From a virus (lineage: Duplodnaviria > Caudoviricetes), in the IMG/VR virus record IMGVR_UViG_3300049988_000286, positions 128,001 through 192,000 of that record: a stretch of DNA of 64,000 nt, one strand, 5' to 3'. The translations under genes were made by a program, and so were the position numbers. Positions within the stretch are counted from its first letter, which is position 1. Every line of letters starts with the position of its first letter. A model generated the notes under the pieces. That model was not told the origin of the DNA. It saw only the letters and a list, made by a program, of their open reading frames with translations, and searched no databases. Below are positions 37,838-46,168 of the stretch, piece after piece.

Positions 37838-39217
37838 CTACGCAGCCGCGCGATCCCTCACTTCGGCAAGCGTCGTCGAACCGACCGCAAGACCATCGAG
37901 GAAGCGTCGCTTGAGGAGGTCGCCTTCCGCGCCGTAAGCGACGGTGACGATTTGACCATCAATGCGCACCACCGAGAGGCGTCCGCGCTTCGAGCGCTTG
38001 CTGTGATCACCCACCGGGTCTTTGTAAACGTCGATCCACTCACCGTTGATGCGAGCCGCGCAGCACTTCATGGCGAACTTGAGATCATCGCGGTTGACGA
38101 TCTGGAGCAACCCGCCGCCCATGCCGAAGGCAATATTGTCGAGCGAGTAGCCAGCCGCCAAGACGTTCCGGATGAGGATCAGGAGCGTCTTGTGCGTGAT
38201 CCCATCTCCTTGGATGATCCGAACCGCCGGGTTGAGGACGCGAAAACCTTTGCTGTTGACGGTGTGGCCGAACGCCGCATCGAGGCGCTGTAGGATTTCC
38301 ACGGGCACCATTGTGGGGTCACCACTGTCAGGACGAACGACAACGACGGTGCCGCTATCGAGCACCTCTTGTTTGAGTTCGACGCCCCAGATGTTCGACA
38401 CCGCATTGTAGATGTCGTAGCTGTCCGAGACGGCGGAGATCATCACGCCGCGACCACCCAGCTTCGTCATCATGTTCCGATACGCTTGCGCCTCATGCGA
38501 GCGACCGAAGCTGGTGACCGTCGAGTGCTCCATCGCCGAAATCGAGTTGCCGGGCATCTCGTCAGCGTAGAAGCGACGCCCCGCCACGAGCGCTTCGAGG
38601 GTGTCGGTTCCACGGAAGTTGACGAGATGAGCGATCCCGCCGATTGCGGCGCTCTCGCCGCTTGACACGCCGCGTGCACCGAAATCGTGAAGCTTGAAGG
38701 GGATTTGACCCTGCGGATCGTCGGAACTCTCCACGAGGCCGTCCATGATCATCTGGCGGCACATGTAGGAATTTGTAGCTACCGTCGTGGGATACCAGAT
38801 GGCGCGAAGCAGCGCGGTTTCGAGGAACGAAGTCAGCCAGAAGAACTCCGGATCGGTGTTGACGATGGTGACGAGCGGGGTGCCGGTCGGCACAACCATG
38901 CCTTCGTCGATCGCGCGAATCTCCACCGGGAGCCTACCACCGTGCTTATCGACGAGAAGCCGCCATCCCTCTTCGAAGAAGGGCACGCCATAGAGGGGCG
39001 ACATCGCGACGGCCTCATCGACCATCGCGTGGGTTACGGGATTGGTGAGGATGCGATCTCGAAACATCTGAAGACCGAAGTAGCAGATACGATCCCAGAT
39101 GCCGCCACGGCTCTCGATGTAGGAGTAAACGTACTCCGTGCCTCCGGGGTATTGATATGCGTGCGACCACTTGTAGCCGTCGCTCATGATGCAGATGTTG
39201 TCGGTAAAGGTAGTCAT
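37838..39217 (-). CDS. nadV: nicotinamide phosphoribosyltransferase
   Basis: DGYKWSH, YIESRGG, HDFGARGVSS, AMEHS, VSDSYD, RPDSGDP, IQGDGI, FGMGGGLLQ. Confidence 0.93.
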   Translation of the reverse strand: MTTFTDNICIMSDGYKWSHAYQYPGGTEYVYSYIESRGGIWDRICYFGLQMFRDRILTNPVTHAMVDEAVAMSPLYGVPFFEEGWRLLVDKHGGRLPVEIRAIDEGMVVPTGTPLVTIVNTDPEFFWLTSFLETALLRAIWYPTTVATNSYMCRQMIMDGLVESSDDPQGQIPFKLHDFGARGVSSGESAAIGGIAHLVNFRGTDTLEALVAGRRFYADEMPGNSISAMEHSTVTSFGRSHEAQAYRNMMTKLGGRGVMISAVSDSYDIYNAVSNIWGVELKQEVLDSGTVVVVRPDSGDPTMVPVEILQRLDAAFGHTVNSKGFRVLNPAVRIIQGDGITHKTLLILIRNVLAAGYSLDNIAFGMGGGLLQIVNRDDLKFAMKCCAARINGEWIDVYKDPVGDHSKRSKRGRLSVVRIDGQIVTVAYGAEGDLLKRRFLDGLAVGSTTLAEVRDRAAA

Positions 39218-39238
39218 GATAATGGAATCCTCCATTAA

Positions 39239-39261
39239 GCCGCTCCATTCACCGGAGCGGC
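39239..39261 (-). promoter_or_regulatory. leader hairpin, loop GGUGAAU (nadV)
   Basis: GCCGCTCC-GGTGAAT-GGAGCGGC. Confidence 0.6.
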
Positions 39262-39271
39262 GGGGTTGATA

Positions 39272-40381
39272 TTACTTCTTCGGGGTCTTGAGCATTGCCT
39301 TGAGGGTTTCGATGATCGCGAAATGATCCTCGAACATCATCTCCGACTTGATGTCCGCGATAGGAACCCAGCGAGCCACCTTGGCATCGCTGCGACCCTT
39401 GACCTTCGGGAGGGGTCCATCTTCCAGCTTGATCAGGAAGACTTGCGAAACGACGCGGCCACGATCGCTGCGGTAGGGATAGTTGGCATTCATCTGGCCA
39501 ACCATCCCGCCCTTGAGGCGACTGTTATTCACGTCGATCTTGGTCTCTTCGCGAAGCTCGCGGATGAACGCATCTTCGTGCCATTCGCGGTTTTCGAGGA
39601 AGCCTCCGGGAAGCGCGAGCAGACCCTGCCCCGGAATGTTCTTTCGCTCGATGAGGAGCACGTGCCCGCTCTGAACCACCATGGCATCGACAGTGTTGTG
39701 AACGACCGTGGGGCGGAAACCGAGTTCCTTCTCCACCATGTCAGCAGCCTTCTCGAAGGCCCGGCGATAGTTCTGGTTGTAATCGACTTCGCGGAACAAG
39801 TGGGAAAGATCACCGCCACGCAAAAGATCACGGATGGTAGCGTTGGTGCCAAGCGGAACGCTCTTCGCCGATTCAGGTGACCACCGCTTTGATGCATACA
39901 AGGCGTCGCGCATGTTGGTAGCCGAGAGGTTATCGTGAAGGCTCTCAACCCCGATCGACTCCCACTGCGGGAACATATCGAGGAAGAAATGATTCCCCTT
40001 CTCGTCCTTGGCGTGCCCGATCAACGCGATCTTGGGCTTGTTTTCCCACGGACCGGTATCGTCGATGACGCGCGACATCGCGGACTGAACGTCCTCCTGC
40101 CATTGCAGATTGGAGTAAGGAGCGTCTCGAACAGCGGAGATCAGGATACGATCATGGAAGCGCGGATCGAACGATCCACGGATCATCTCCTTGACTTCGT
40201 TGAACGAGAAGGGAGAGCGCTCCGTGCGCGGCTGGAAGCACGAACCAACGATGACGTGGACGTACTTGGAGCGGGTGAGCGCAATTTCGATGATGCGATG
40301 GTGAGCGTTGTGGAAGGGGCGAAACCTGCCGATAAAAACGCAAAAATCGTACTGGCCCCCATCGGGGCGGTCGTCTGACAT
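39272..40381 (-). CDS. nadM: bifunctional NMN adenylyltransferase / Nudix (ADP-ribose) hydrolase
   Basis: FIGRFRPFHNAH, LIGHAKD, Nudix box LPGGFLENREWHEDAFIRELREET. Confidence 0.92.
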   Translation of the reverse strand: MSDDRPDGGQYDFCVFIGRFRPFHNAHHRIIEIALTRSKYVHVIVGSCFQPRTERSPFSFNEVKEMIRGSFDPRFHDRILISAVRDAPYSNLQWQEDVQSAMSRVIDDTGPWENKPKIALIGHAKDEKGNHFFLDMFPQWESIGVESLHDNLSATNMRDALYASKRWSPESAKSVPLGTNATIRDLLRGGDLSHLFREVDYNQNYRRAFEKAADMVEKELGFRPTVVHNTVDAMVVQSGHVLLIERKNIPGQGLLALPGGFLENREWHEDAFIRELREETKIDVNNSRLKGGMVGQMNANYPYRSDRGRVVSQVFLIKLEDGPLPKVKGRSDAKVARWVPIADIKSEMMFEDHFAIIETLKAMLKTPKK

Positions 40382-40405
40382 TATATCCTCCATCAGAAGG
40401 GTTGC

Positions 40406-40428
40406 TGCGACCCATTCACCGGATCACA
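40406..40428 (-). promoter_or_regulatory. leader hairpin, loop GGUGAAU (nadM-nudix)
   Basis: TGTGATCC-GGTGAAT-GGGTCGCA, 4 nt after TAAATA. Confidence 0.6.
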
Positions 40429-40470
40429 CTTCTATTTAGGCCAATGCGGCTCCCTCGGTCAATATAAATC

Positions 40471-40499
40471 TTGCACCGCCGAACTATATCCGCTATGCC
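40471..40499 (+). promoter_or_regulatory. sigma70-type promoter, ATG 6 nt after -10
   Basis: TTGCAC-N17-TATGCC. Confidence 0.45.
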
Positions 40500-40505
40500 A
40501 CGGTT

Positions 40506-40955
40506 ATGGATGCTCGCTACACCCGCACCTACTGGTACGATGCACCAGCGTACGATGTTGCACAGACCTTCAATCGTGGGCAACTCGCCGGTTTCTACCC
40601 CGATCAAGCGCCGCAGAAGCGGGGCCGCAATCAGGACGAAGACCTGTGTCTCTTCCTCGATCAACTCTGCGCTCGATGGTTCAACACCCCATTTACGCTA
40701 CAGACCGAGTTCATGGCGGAGTATCGCTTCCTCGATCTCGATTATCGCGCTGCGAAAATAAGGTCGTATAACGCGCATATGGATCGTTGCTTGATCGAGA
40801 GCACGGACGACCCGTCCATGTACGCGATCTTCGATATGCGGTTCAAGCGCGGGTTCGGTGGCGTGTCGAGCAACGTCCTGCATTGCCACACCTACGAGGT
40901 GCATGAGTGGAACATTCCTGACCACGAGATGACCCTCATGCGGTTGATCTTGTGA
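40506..40955 (+). CDS. hypothetical protein
   Basis: ORF track. Confidence 0.65.
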   Translation: MDARYTRTYWYDAPAYDVAQTFNRGQLAGFYPDQAPQKRGRNQDEDLCLFLDQLCARWFNTPFTLQTEFMAEYRFLDLDYRAAKIRSYNAHMDRCLIESTDDPSMYAIFDMRFKRGFGGVSSNVLHCHTYEVHEWNIPDHEMTLMRLIL

Positions 40956-41212
40956 AGACGATTACGGTAGAACTCGGGCAAGGGAAGAGTTACGACTTCA
41001 TCACCGCCGTCGAGGTAGCGAGAGCGGTCGTTGAGGGGGAGTTTCACCTCAAGCTGGGGTTGGCCTCCGTAGAGGCATCGTTGCCTTCATCGAGGCTGCG
41101 CTACTTCCTCCAAAATCATCTCTCGGGTATGTTCGCGCTCATCTTCACATCGCAGCATGACGCCACCATGTTCGTCCTCGCCTATCAGAGGAGCGACAAT
41201 CCCGATGTTTGA
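40952..41212 (+). CDS. hypothetical protein (F-x-x-x-x-D-A-x-x-F family)
   Basis: LIFTSQHDATMFVLAY. Confidence 0.6.
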   Translation: MKTITVELGQGKSYDFITAVEVARAVVEGEFHLKLGLASVEASLPSSRLRYFLQNHLSGMFALIFTSQHDATMFVLAYQRSDNPDV

Positions 41213-41456
41213 AGTCACTTTCCCACCCAGCGACTTCGACGGCATGGAACGCTTCTACGCGATTCGGCAAGCGCGCAAGCACGCGTTAGGGCCGTTCTCT
41301 TTGCGTGTGGGCGATAAGCGGATGTCAGCCATGAAGGGGATGCTTCCCGATGAGGCTTTTACCGCACATCTAGAGGATCGTTGGGGTCTCGTCTTCGAGA
41401 GCGAGGTGGACATGATGATGTTCAAGCTGGCGTTTCGCCCGATGGATCAGGCGTAA
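41205..41456 (+). CDS. hypothetical protein (same family)
   Basis: LVFESEVDMMMFKLAF; GAGGAG RBS. Confidence 0.6.
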   Translation: MFEVTFPPSDFDGMERFYAIRQARKHALGPFSLRVGDKRMSAMKGMLPDEAFTAHLEDRWGLVFESEVDMMMFKLAFRPMDQA

Positions 41457-41797
41457 GCGGCAAGCTTCTTGGCCGTCGCCTTCATCCGCTTGCCCTCGGT
41501 ATCAGCGTGCTGGCAGCAGAACAGCAGGTTGATCACTCTACCCTTGAGCGAGTAGACGAGAATGATGTCGGGGGCGAGGTGGCAGTGCTGAAACCCCTTG
41601 AGCGGTCCGGTGAACGGACGATCATGGGAGCCGAAGCGTTGCTGTAAGGGATCGGGTAGCTTGGCGGCAGTGAACTGCGCCAGCTTATCCTTGAGACGCG
41701 GGTTTGCGCGCAGCAAGACGGCGAAGCTTTCGGTGAAGAGCGGCTTGGGTGCGATCGTCCACGGAACATCTCGTCCCGCTTCAACGATGATCGCCAT
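41447..41797 (-). CDS. RelE/YafQ-like toxin (mRNA interferase fold)
   Basis: HDRPFTGPLKGFQHCHLAPDIILVY resembles YafQ DH.L.G..KG.RECH..PD.LLIY. Confidence 0.6.
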   Translation of the reverse strand: MAIIVEAGRDVPWTIAPKPLFTESFAVLLRANPRLKDKLAQFTAAKLPDPLQQRFGSHDRPFTGPLKGFQHCHLAPDIILVYSLKGRVINLLFCCQHADTEGKRMKATAKKLAAYA

Positions 41798-41805
41798 CCA
41801 CTCTC

Positions 41806-41946
41806 TTAAAGAGCGGCGAGCCACTTCGCGAATTCTTCCTGCGACATCGACTGGGTATCGTCCCCCTCGGCCGCGATGATGCGCGCGACGAGATCGGTAT
41901 CCTCGGTGATGATCTGCTCGATCAGCATGTCGGTGTCCTTTTCCAT
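41806..41946 (-). CDS. small acidic protein, putative antitoxin (46 aa)
   Basis: Read manually: MEKDTDMLIEQIITEDTDLVARIIAAEGDDTQSMSQEEFAKWLAAL; TAAATA 6 nt upstream. Confidence 0.55.
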   Translation of the reverse strand: MEKDTDMLIEQIITEDTDLVARIIAAEGDDTQSMSQEEFAKWLAAL

Positions 41947-41984
41947 GACCGGTATTTAGCACAGTTCTGCGGCAAGGCAAGCAC

Positions 41985-41995
41985 TAATTGATTAG
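41985..41995 (+). promoter_or_regulatory. TAATTGATTAG intergenic motif (copy 1 of 3)
   Basis: Exact copies at 46149 (+) and 48075 (-). Confidence 0.5.
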
Positions 41996-42019
41996 TGAGA
42001 CTTAGCGAACAAAGACAAA

Positions 42020-42049
42020 TTGCACCCTTGGTGCGCCAGAAGGTATAAC
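42020..42049 (+). promoter_or_regulatory. sigma70-type promoter
   Basis: TTGCAC-N18-TATAAC, ATG 6 nt later. Confidence 0.5.
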
Positions 42050-42055
42050 ACCGTG

Positions 42056-42727
42056 ATGGAAAGAAATCGTTTTTGCGGCTTTTGTGGCACTGAATTCAAC
42101 GATCTGTCGTGGCCGCGCCACTGCACGAATTGCTCACGAGTGACCTACCGTAACCCCCTCGCTGTAGCGATCTGCCTCCAGCCGATCACCCACGGGGAGC
42201 GGACCGGACTCGCTATTGCCCAACGCGCTATTCCACCCGTTGGTGGTTGGGCGTTGGTGGCAGGACACCTCGAAGTGTTCGATCATGGTAGCGAAACGGT
42301 TGAGGAAGGGGCGGCACGCGAGTTCTTCGAGGAGACAAGCGTGCGTTCGGGCGCGAACCCACGCCTCATCCGCAGCGAGAAGAACCATCTCGGTCACCTG
42401 TTGATCATCGTCGAAACCGATGCCATCCCTTGGTCGGACTGGACAAAGGCCAGACCCTGTTCGGAAAACCTCGCCCTCGACGTAATGTGGGAGCCACGTG
42501 ACCTCTGCTTCCCCATTCACACCAAGGCAGCCAAGGATTGGTTCGAGGGTAGACAGAAGCCAGCAGCGACGCTTATCTTCAGCACCATCAACGAATACGA
42601 TTCGTGGTGCGCGGTATGGTCGATCGATCGGAACGGTGACTACATCGATGTGATCTTCGAGGATGCCGACGCGGAGACTTGCGAAGATTGGTGTGCCGCG
42701 AATGGCTATCGTATCGTCATCGTCTAG
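42056..42727 (+). CDS. Nudix hydrolase with N-terminal zinc ribbon
   Basis: FCGFCG...CTNC, YRNP, Nudix box AGHLE...ETVEEGAAREFFEET. Confidence 0.85.
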   Translation: MERNRFCGFCGTEFNDLSWPRHCTNCSRVTYRNPLAVAICLQPITHGERTGLAIAQRAIPPVGGWALVAGHLEVFDHGSETVEEGAAREFFEETSVRSGANPRLIRSEKNHLGHLLIIVETDAIPWSDWTKARPCSENLALDVMWEPRDLCFPIHTKAAKDWFEGRQKPAATLIFSTINEYDSWCAVWSIDRNGDYIDVIFEDADAETCEDWCAANGYRIVIV

Positions 42728-42736
42728 GAGATATTC

Positions 42737-42889
42737 GTGACACGAGATGAAAAAGCGACGCTCATCGAGGATGCGCGTCAGCGCATGGTGGAGGCGTATC
42801 GCAACTATACTGATCAAGGCAGTGTGGCGAACCTGACAGCCGCCGCATCCTATGCTGCGGTCATGTCCGCGTTGATCGCTGATCTATGA
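42737..42889 (+). CDS. small hypothetical protein
   Basis: AGGAG RBS, GTG start, ATGA coupling. Confidence 0.5.
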   Translation: MTRDEKATLIEDARQRMVEAYRNYTDQGSVANLTAAASYAAVMSALIADL

Positions 42890-43212
42890 CCTTGCTTCCT
42901 CTCACGCCGGGGCTCCTTCTCTCGATGGCGCTTCGCTACGATCACAGCTTTGGCATTCATGGACCGTTTGATCCAGAACCCGATCTTGCTTCCAAGCAGA
43001 TGGCGATCTTCGATCAGGCGGTTGAGTATTGGCGCACTAGACACGACGAGCCCATTACTGTAACCGACCGTCAACTCCGGGAAGAAATGACCGGGGTTGG
43101 CTTCTTCGTCCCGGCCGTAGGTCAGGAGGATGTGAGCCTTCTTCGTGCATCAATGGATGCACGGGTGTTCGAGCACCTTGTGTGCTTGGTTGAGAGGTAT
43201 CGAGATGAGTGA
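42886..43212 (+). CDS. hypothetical protein
   Basis: ORF track. Confidence 0.6.
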   Translation: MTLLPLTPGLLLSMALRYDHSFGIHGPFDPEPDLASKQMAIFDQAVEYWRTRHDEPITVTDRQLREEMTGVGFFVPAVGQEDVSLLRASMDARVFEHLVCLVERYRDE

Positions 43213-43648
43213 AACGGGTTTGCAGAAGTTGAAGGCCGATGTCATCGTGGCAATGAAGGCTGGGGATCGCACGCGCCTTGACGTGCTTCGCCAGTTCGTC
43301 AACCGCACCACGATGACGGCGAAGAACGACGGCAACCGTGACGCCACCGACAAGGATGTGATCACCGCCGGTCTCAAGATCGTCAAAGAGGCGAATGAGA
43401 CCCGCTCGATCTACGTCGAGAAGGGCGTCGATACCTCGCCGCAGGACACCGAAATCGCGATCGTCTCCGAGTATCTGCCCCGGCAGATGAGCGAGGATGA
43501 TCTGCGCGCCGTCCTCGTCACTCTCTCTGCCTCGGCACCGGAGGGCAAGGCGGCGCGCGGCTATTACAACAAGGAGTTGAACGCGCGCCACAAGGGCGAG
43601 TTCGACAACGCGGTGGCGCAGCGCATGATCGCCGAGATGGTAGCGTGA
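43205..43648 (+). CDS. GatB/YqeY domain protein
   Basis: LKADVIVAMKAGD...EIAIVSEYLPRQMSEDDL. Confidence 0.8.
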   Translation: MSETGLQKLKADVIVAMKAGDRTRLDVLRQFVNRTTMTAKNDGNRDATDKDVITAGLKIVKEANETRSIYVEKGVDTSPQDTEIAIVSEYLPRQMSEDDLRAVLVTLSASAPEGKAARGYYNKELNARHKGEFDNAVAQRMIAEMVA

Positions 43649-43650
43649 AG

Positions 43651-43797
43651 ATGACCTTCTTCCGCGCGATCTCGGCCGTGTTGATCGGTGCTGCCGTGGG
43701 GACGCTGGGGGCCGCTGTGGAACACAGCATGGCGGAACCGGCGTCGAAGAAGAAAGCCAAGAAGAAAACTCGCAAAAAGAAGGGTAAGCATGGCTAA
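43651..43797 (+). CDS. small membrane-anchored basic protein
   Basis: TM plus KKKAKKKTRKKKGK tail. Confidence 0.5.
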   Translation: MTFFRAISAVLIGAAVGTLGAAVEHSMAEPASKKKAKKKTRKKKGKHG

Positions 43798-44053
43798 CAT
43801 CATCACACCAGACGAAGTGCGTGACTGGTTCGCCGATGCCGATGACGATGAGGTCACGGGCTTCCTCGAAGAGGGGCTCACGGATGTCATCGGCGGCGAG
43901 TCTCGTCCCCAGAAGGTCAAGGACATGATCATCGCGATGTCCGACCACACTATCCAGACGCTCCTCGACGACAATGGCCTTCAGCCTTTGATCGAGAACC
44001 TCGAAGAAGACGACTTCTTCGGTACCGAGGGCTTTGCCAAGCGCTTCGCATGA
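43790..44053 (+). CDS. acidic hypothetical protein
   Basis: MANIITPDEVRDWF...; coupled. Confidence 0.6.
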   Translation: MANIITPDEVRDWFADADDDEVTGFLEEGLTDVIGGESRPQKVKDMIIAMSDHTIQTLLDDNGLQPLIENLEEDDFFGTEGFAKRFA

Positions 44054-44101
44054 ATGATCGCCGGTGGGATCGAGTGTCCCACCGGTTGACATAAATAGAT
44101 C

Positions 44102-44614
44102 ATGGTTTGCACGCATGATCATCCCCTCGTCGAGACGCAGCAACTCGATGAGATGTATTACAAAACGATGATGCAGAAGATTGTGCCCGGCTACCTGCCG
44201 ACGCGTGACTACGCCCCGTTGATTAAATTCGTCAAGTATCAGAAGACTGTGGGCAACACGATTCAGTTCTTCGTGCCCAACCGCTACAACGGCTTCATGG
44301 TTTATATCCGCTTCGATGAATGGGCGGAGAATGTCCGCGATCTCGAATACACGCCAGTAGAAGCAGCAAGGCTTCTATTCTGGGGCGCGAACCTGCGCAT
44401 CCACTGCAACTGCCCAAGCTTTGCCTTCCACGGCTATCAATATATCCTTTCCCAAACCGAATCCGCTATCGTGCCGGAAGTGCGCTTCCCCCATGTCCGC
44501 AACCCTCACCTCAAGGGTCTCTTGTGTAAGCATGGACGCCGGGTGATGAAGACCTTGCCGTTCCACCTCGGTGACATGGCGAAGGCTATCAAGGAACAGC
44601 GCGCGGCGCTCTAG
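44102..44614 (+). CDS. late protein with SWIM-like Zn finger
   Basis: HCNCPSF...LCKH; TAAATA-gatc-ATG. Confidence 0.65.
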   Translation: MVCTHDHPLVETQQLDEMYYKTMMQKIVPGYLPTRDYAPLIKFVKYQKTVGNTIQFFVPNRYNGFMVYIRFDEWAENVRDLEYTPVEAARLLFWGANLRIHCNCPSFAFHGYQYILSQTESAIVPEVRFPHVRNPHLKGLLCKHGRRVMKTLPFHLGDMAKAIKEQRAAL

Positions 44615-45177
44615 TCGCTGAACAGCACCTCGTCCGCTGTGGCCGATCCTTCGAAGTCGTAACGCTCTCCGGCTGGAAACCCGACGATGAGTTTCGTGCA
44701 GCGTTGACCACCAATCATGCGGTCGTATTTGAACCGACCATGCTTTGCTAGAATTTCTTTACCGAGTAGTTCTTCCGCATGATCGTTCGGAACTGGCGGC
44801 AGCCCGAGATTGAGCGCGACATTCGCCGCTTTACCGCTGGCCTCCGACCAGCCACGATGAAGCTTGATGTCATCGGCGACAATCCGCCGCAAATCAATCT
44901 TCGACTGTCGAGAGTCGTCGGTAGCAACACAGACGCGCTTCGCACCATACTTCTTCTTGAATATAGCAACGACGACGATCTTCCCTTTACGGCGGACAAG
45001 CTTCCACCAAGTATTGGGTTCATTGATAAGATCGTCAACACTCCGATAATTGAGGTTGCCGCCGATGTATTGATATGCTTTCTCTATCAGGTCGAATACC
45101 TCTGGCGCGTACTGCGCCTTCTGCTCGCGGTCAAAGAGGTTGACGTAAGTCTCTGTAAGAATCTCATGGAGGCGCAT
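44611..45177 (-). CDS. late protein, possible GNAT-like fold
   Basis: TAAATA-tcca-ATG; N-terminus MRLHEILTE. Confidence 0.65.
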   Translation of the reverse strand: MRLHEILTETYVNLFDREQKAQYAPEVFDLIEKAYQYIGGNLNYRSVDDLINEPNTWWKLVRRKGKIVVVAIFKKKYGAKRVCVATDDSRQSKIDLRRIVADDIKLHRGWSEASGKAANVALNLGLPPVPNDHAEELLGKEILAKHGRFKYDRMIGGQRCTKLIVGFPAGERYDFEGSATADEVLFSD

Positions 45178-45222
45178 TGGATATTTATTACGGTGCGGTG
45201 ATGGTTTGGGGTAAATACTCCC

Positions 45223-45873
45223 ATGCGCCACCACATCGACCTCATCAACTCTGTCCTCGTCGAGGCACAGAACACCAACGAGATTTTCCAGCAGACGCGC
45301 ACCGCGCTCACCCGCGCATGGACGAGCAAGAAGCGCCTCTCCTATCAGACCGCCCAGCGCGAGATCGTCACCACGCTGACGAAGATAGCCCAGCAGATGC
45401 AGGACGATTCGCACCCCATCACCGTCTTGGTCGATCTCTACCCCGATGATCCCAAGCCGGGTCGCCTGACCGCGCACCACGGTGGTGCATGGATGGTAAT
45501 CAACTTCGAGCGCACGCTTCCTGATGACTGGGACAAACTGTCGAACGAAGACATCACCACCGTGGTGTTCAAGGTCAGTCAGGTGTTCGCGCACGAGATG
45601 CAGCACTATGCACAGTATCTGCGCAACTGGTCGTATTTCGAGCAGCGGGGTGGTGACGCCCCCGAGAGTCAGGTGCGTTCCGACGCCGCCAGTGCGTGCC
45701 GGGAACTCATCGCCCACTACGGCGACGCCAAAACGGTAATCGGCGCGCTGAAGTCGAGCGTCGCTGACGTAATTGAGGCCTCCGAGGCAATGGCGAAGAA
45801 CCTTCGCAACACCACCAAGGAGGCCTCCAAGCGTTTCCTCACCGCCCTCTACACGCAGCTACAGACTAGCTAG
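45223..45873 (+). CDS. late protein with HExxH zincin motif
   Basis: FAHEMQHYAQY; TAAATA-ctccc-ATG. Confidence 0.65.
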   Translation: MRHHIDLINSVLVEAQNTNEIFQQTRTALTRAWTSKKRLSYQTAQREIVTTLTKIAQQMQDDSHPITVLVDLYPDDPKPGRLTAHHGGAWMVINFERTLPDDWDKLSNEDITTVVFKVSQVFAHEMQHYAQYLRNWSYFEQRGGDAPESQVRSDAASACRELIAHYGDAKTVIGALKSSVADVIEASEAMAKNLRNTTKEASKRFLTALYTQLQTS

Positions 45874-46042
45874 TCGAGCGGCATACCGCGCAATAGGGGA
45901 GAAGGTTGAGGACTTCGAGCAACTCGTCGAAGTCGTGGTCGTTGGTGACCTCGCACTCGCGCAGCGCCGCTCCCACCCCGGCCAGCGTGGGGTCGATCGT
46001 CACAACTACAATGATTCCGTCCTCCATCATTCGAGCCTCCAT
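45866..46042 (-). CDS. small hypothetical protein
   Basis: Read manually, 58 aa. Confidence 0.35.
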   Translation of the reverse strand: MEARMMEDGIIVVVTIDPTLAGVGAALRECEVTNDHDFDELLEVLNLLPYCAVCRSTS

Positions 46043-46118
46043 GGTGGTTGAGCCTAGTTAATCGATCAACCGTCCTGTGGTTCCACAGTTCACGGGAATA
46101 TTTATTCCATTATCGCTG

Positions 46119-46147
46119 TTGACAGTTCGCTGCCTTTCCCGTATTCG
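46119..46147 (+). promoter_or_regulatory. sigma70-type promoter followed by TAATTGATTAG motif
   Basis: TTGACA-N17-TATTCG; motif at 46149-46159; AGGAG RBS. Confidence 0.6.
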
Positions 46148-46168
46148 GTAATTGATTAGGAGAAAGCC

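Noticed and set aside
41605-41619. GTCC-GGTGAAC-GGAC mini-hairpin resembling the NAD-leader hairpin
   Set aside because: Only a 4-bp stem, one loop mismatch, and located antisense inside a coding region.
44611-45717. 368-aa ORF as listed in the track
   Set aside because: The true start is likely 45177 (TAAATA-N4-ATG). The upstream extension is antisense to the 45223 gene.
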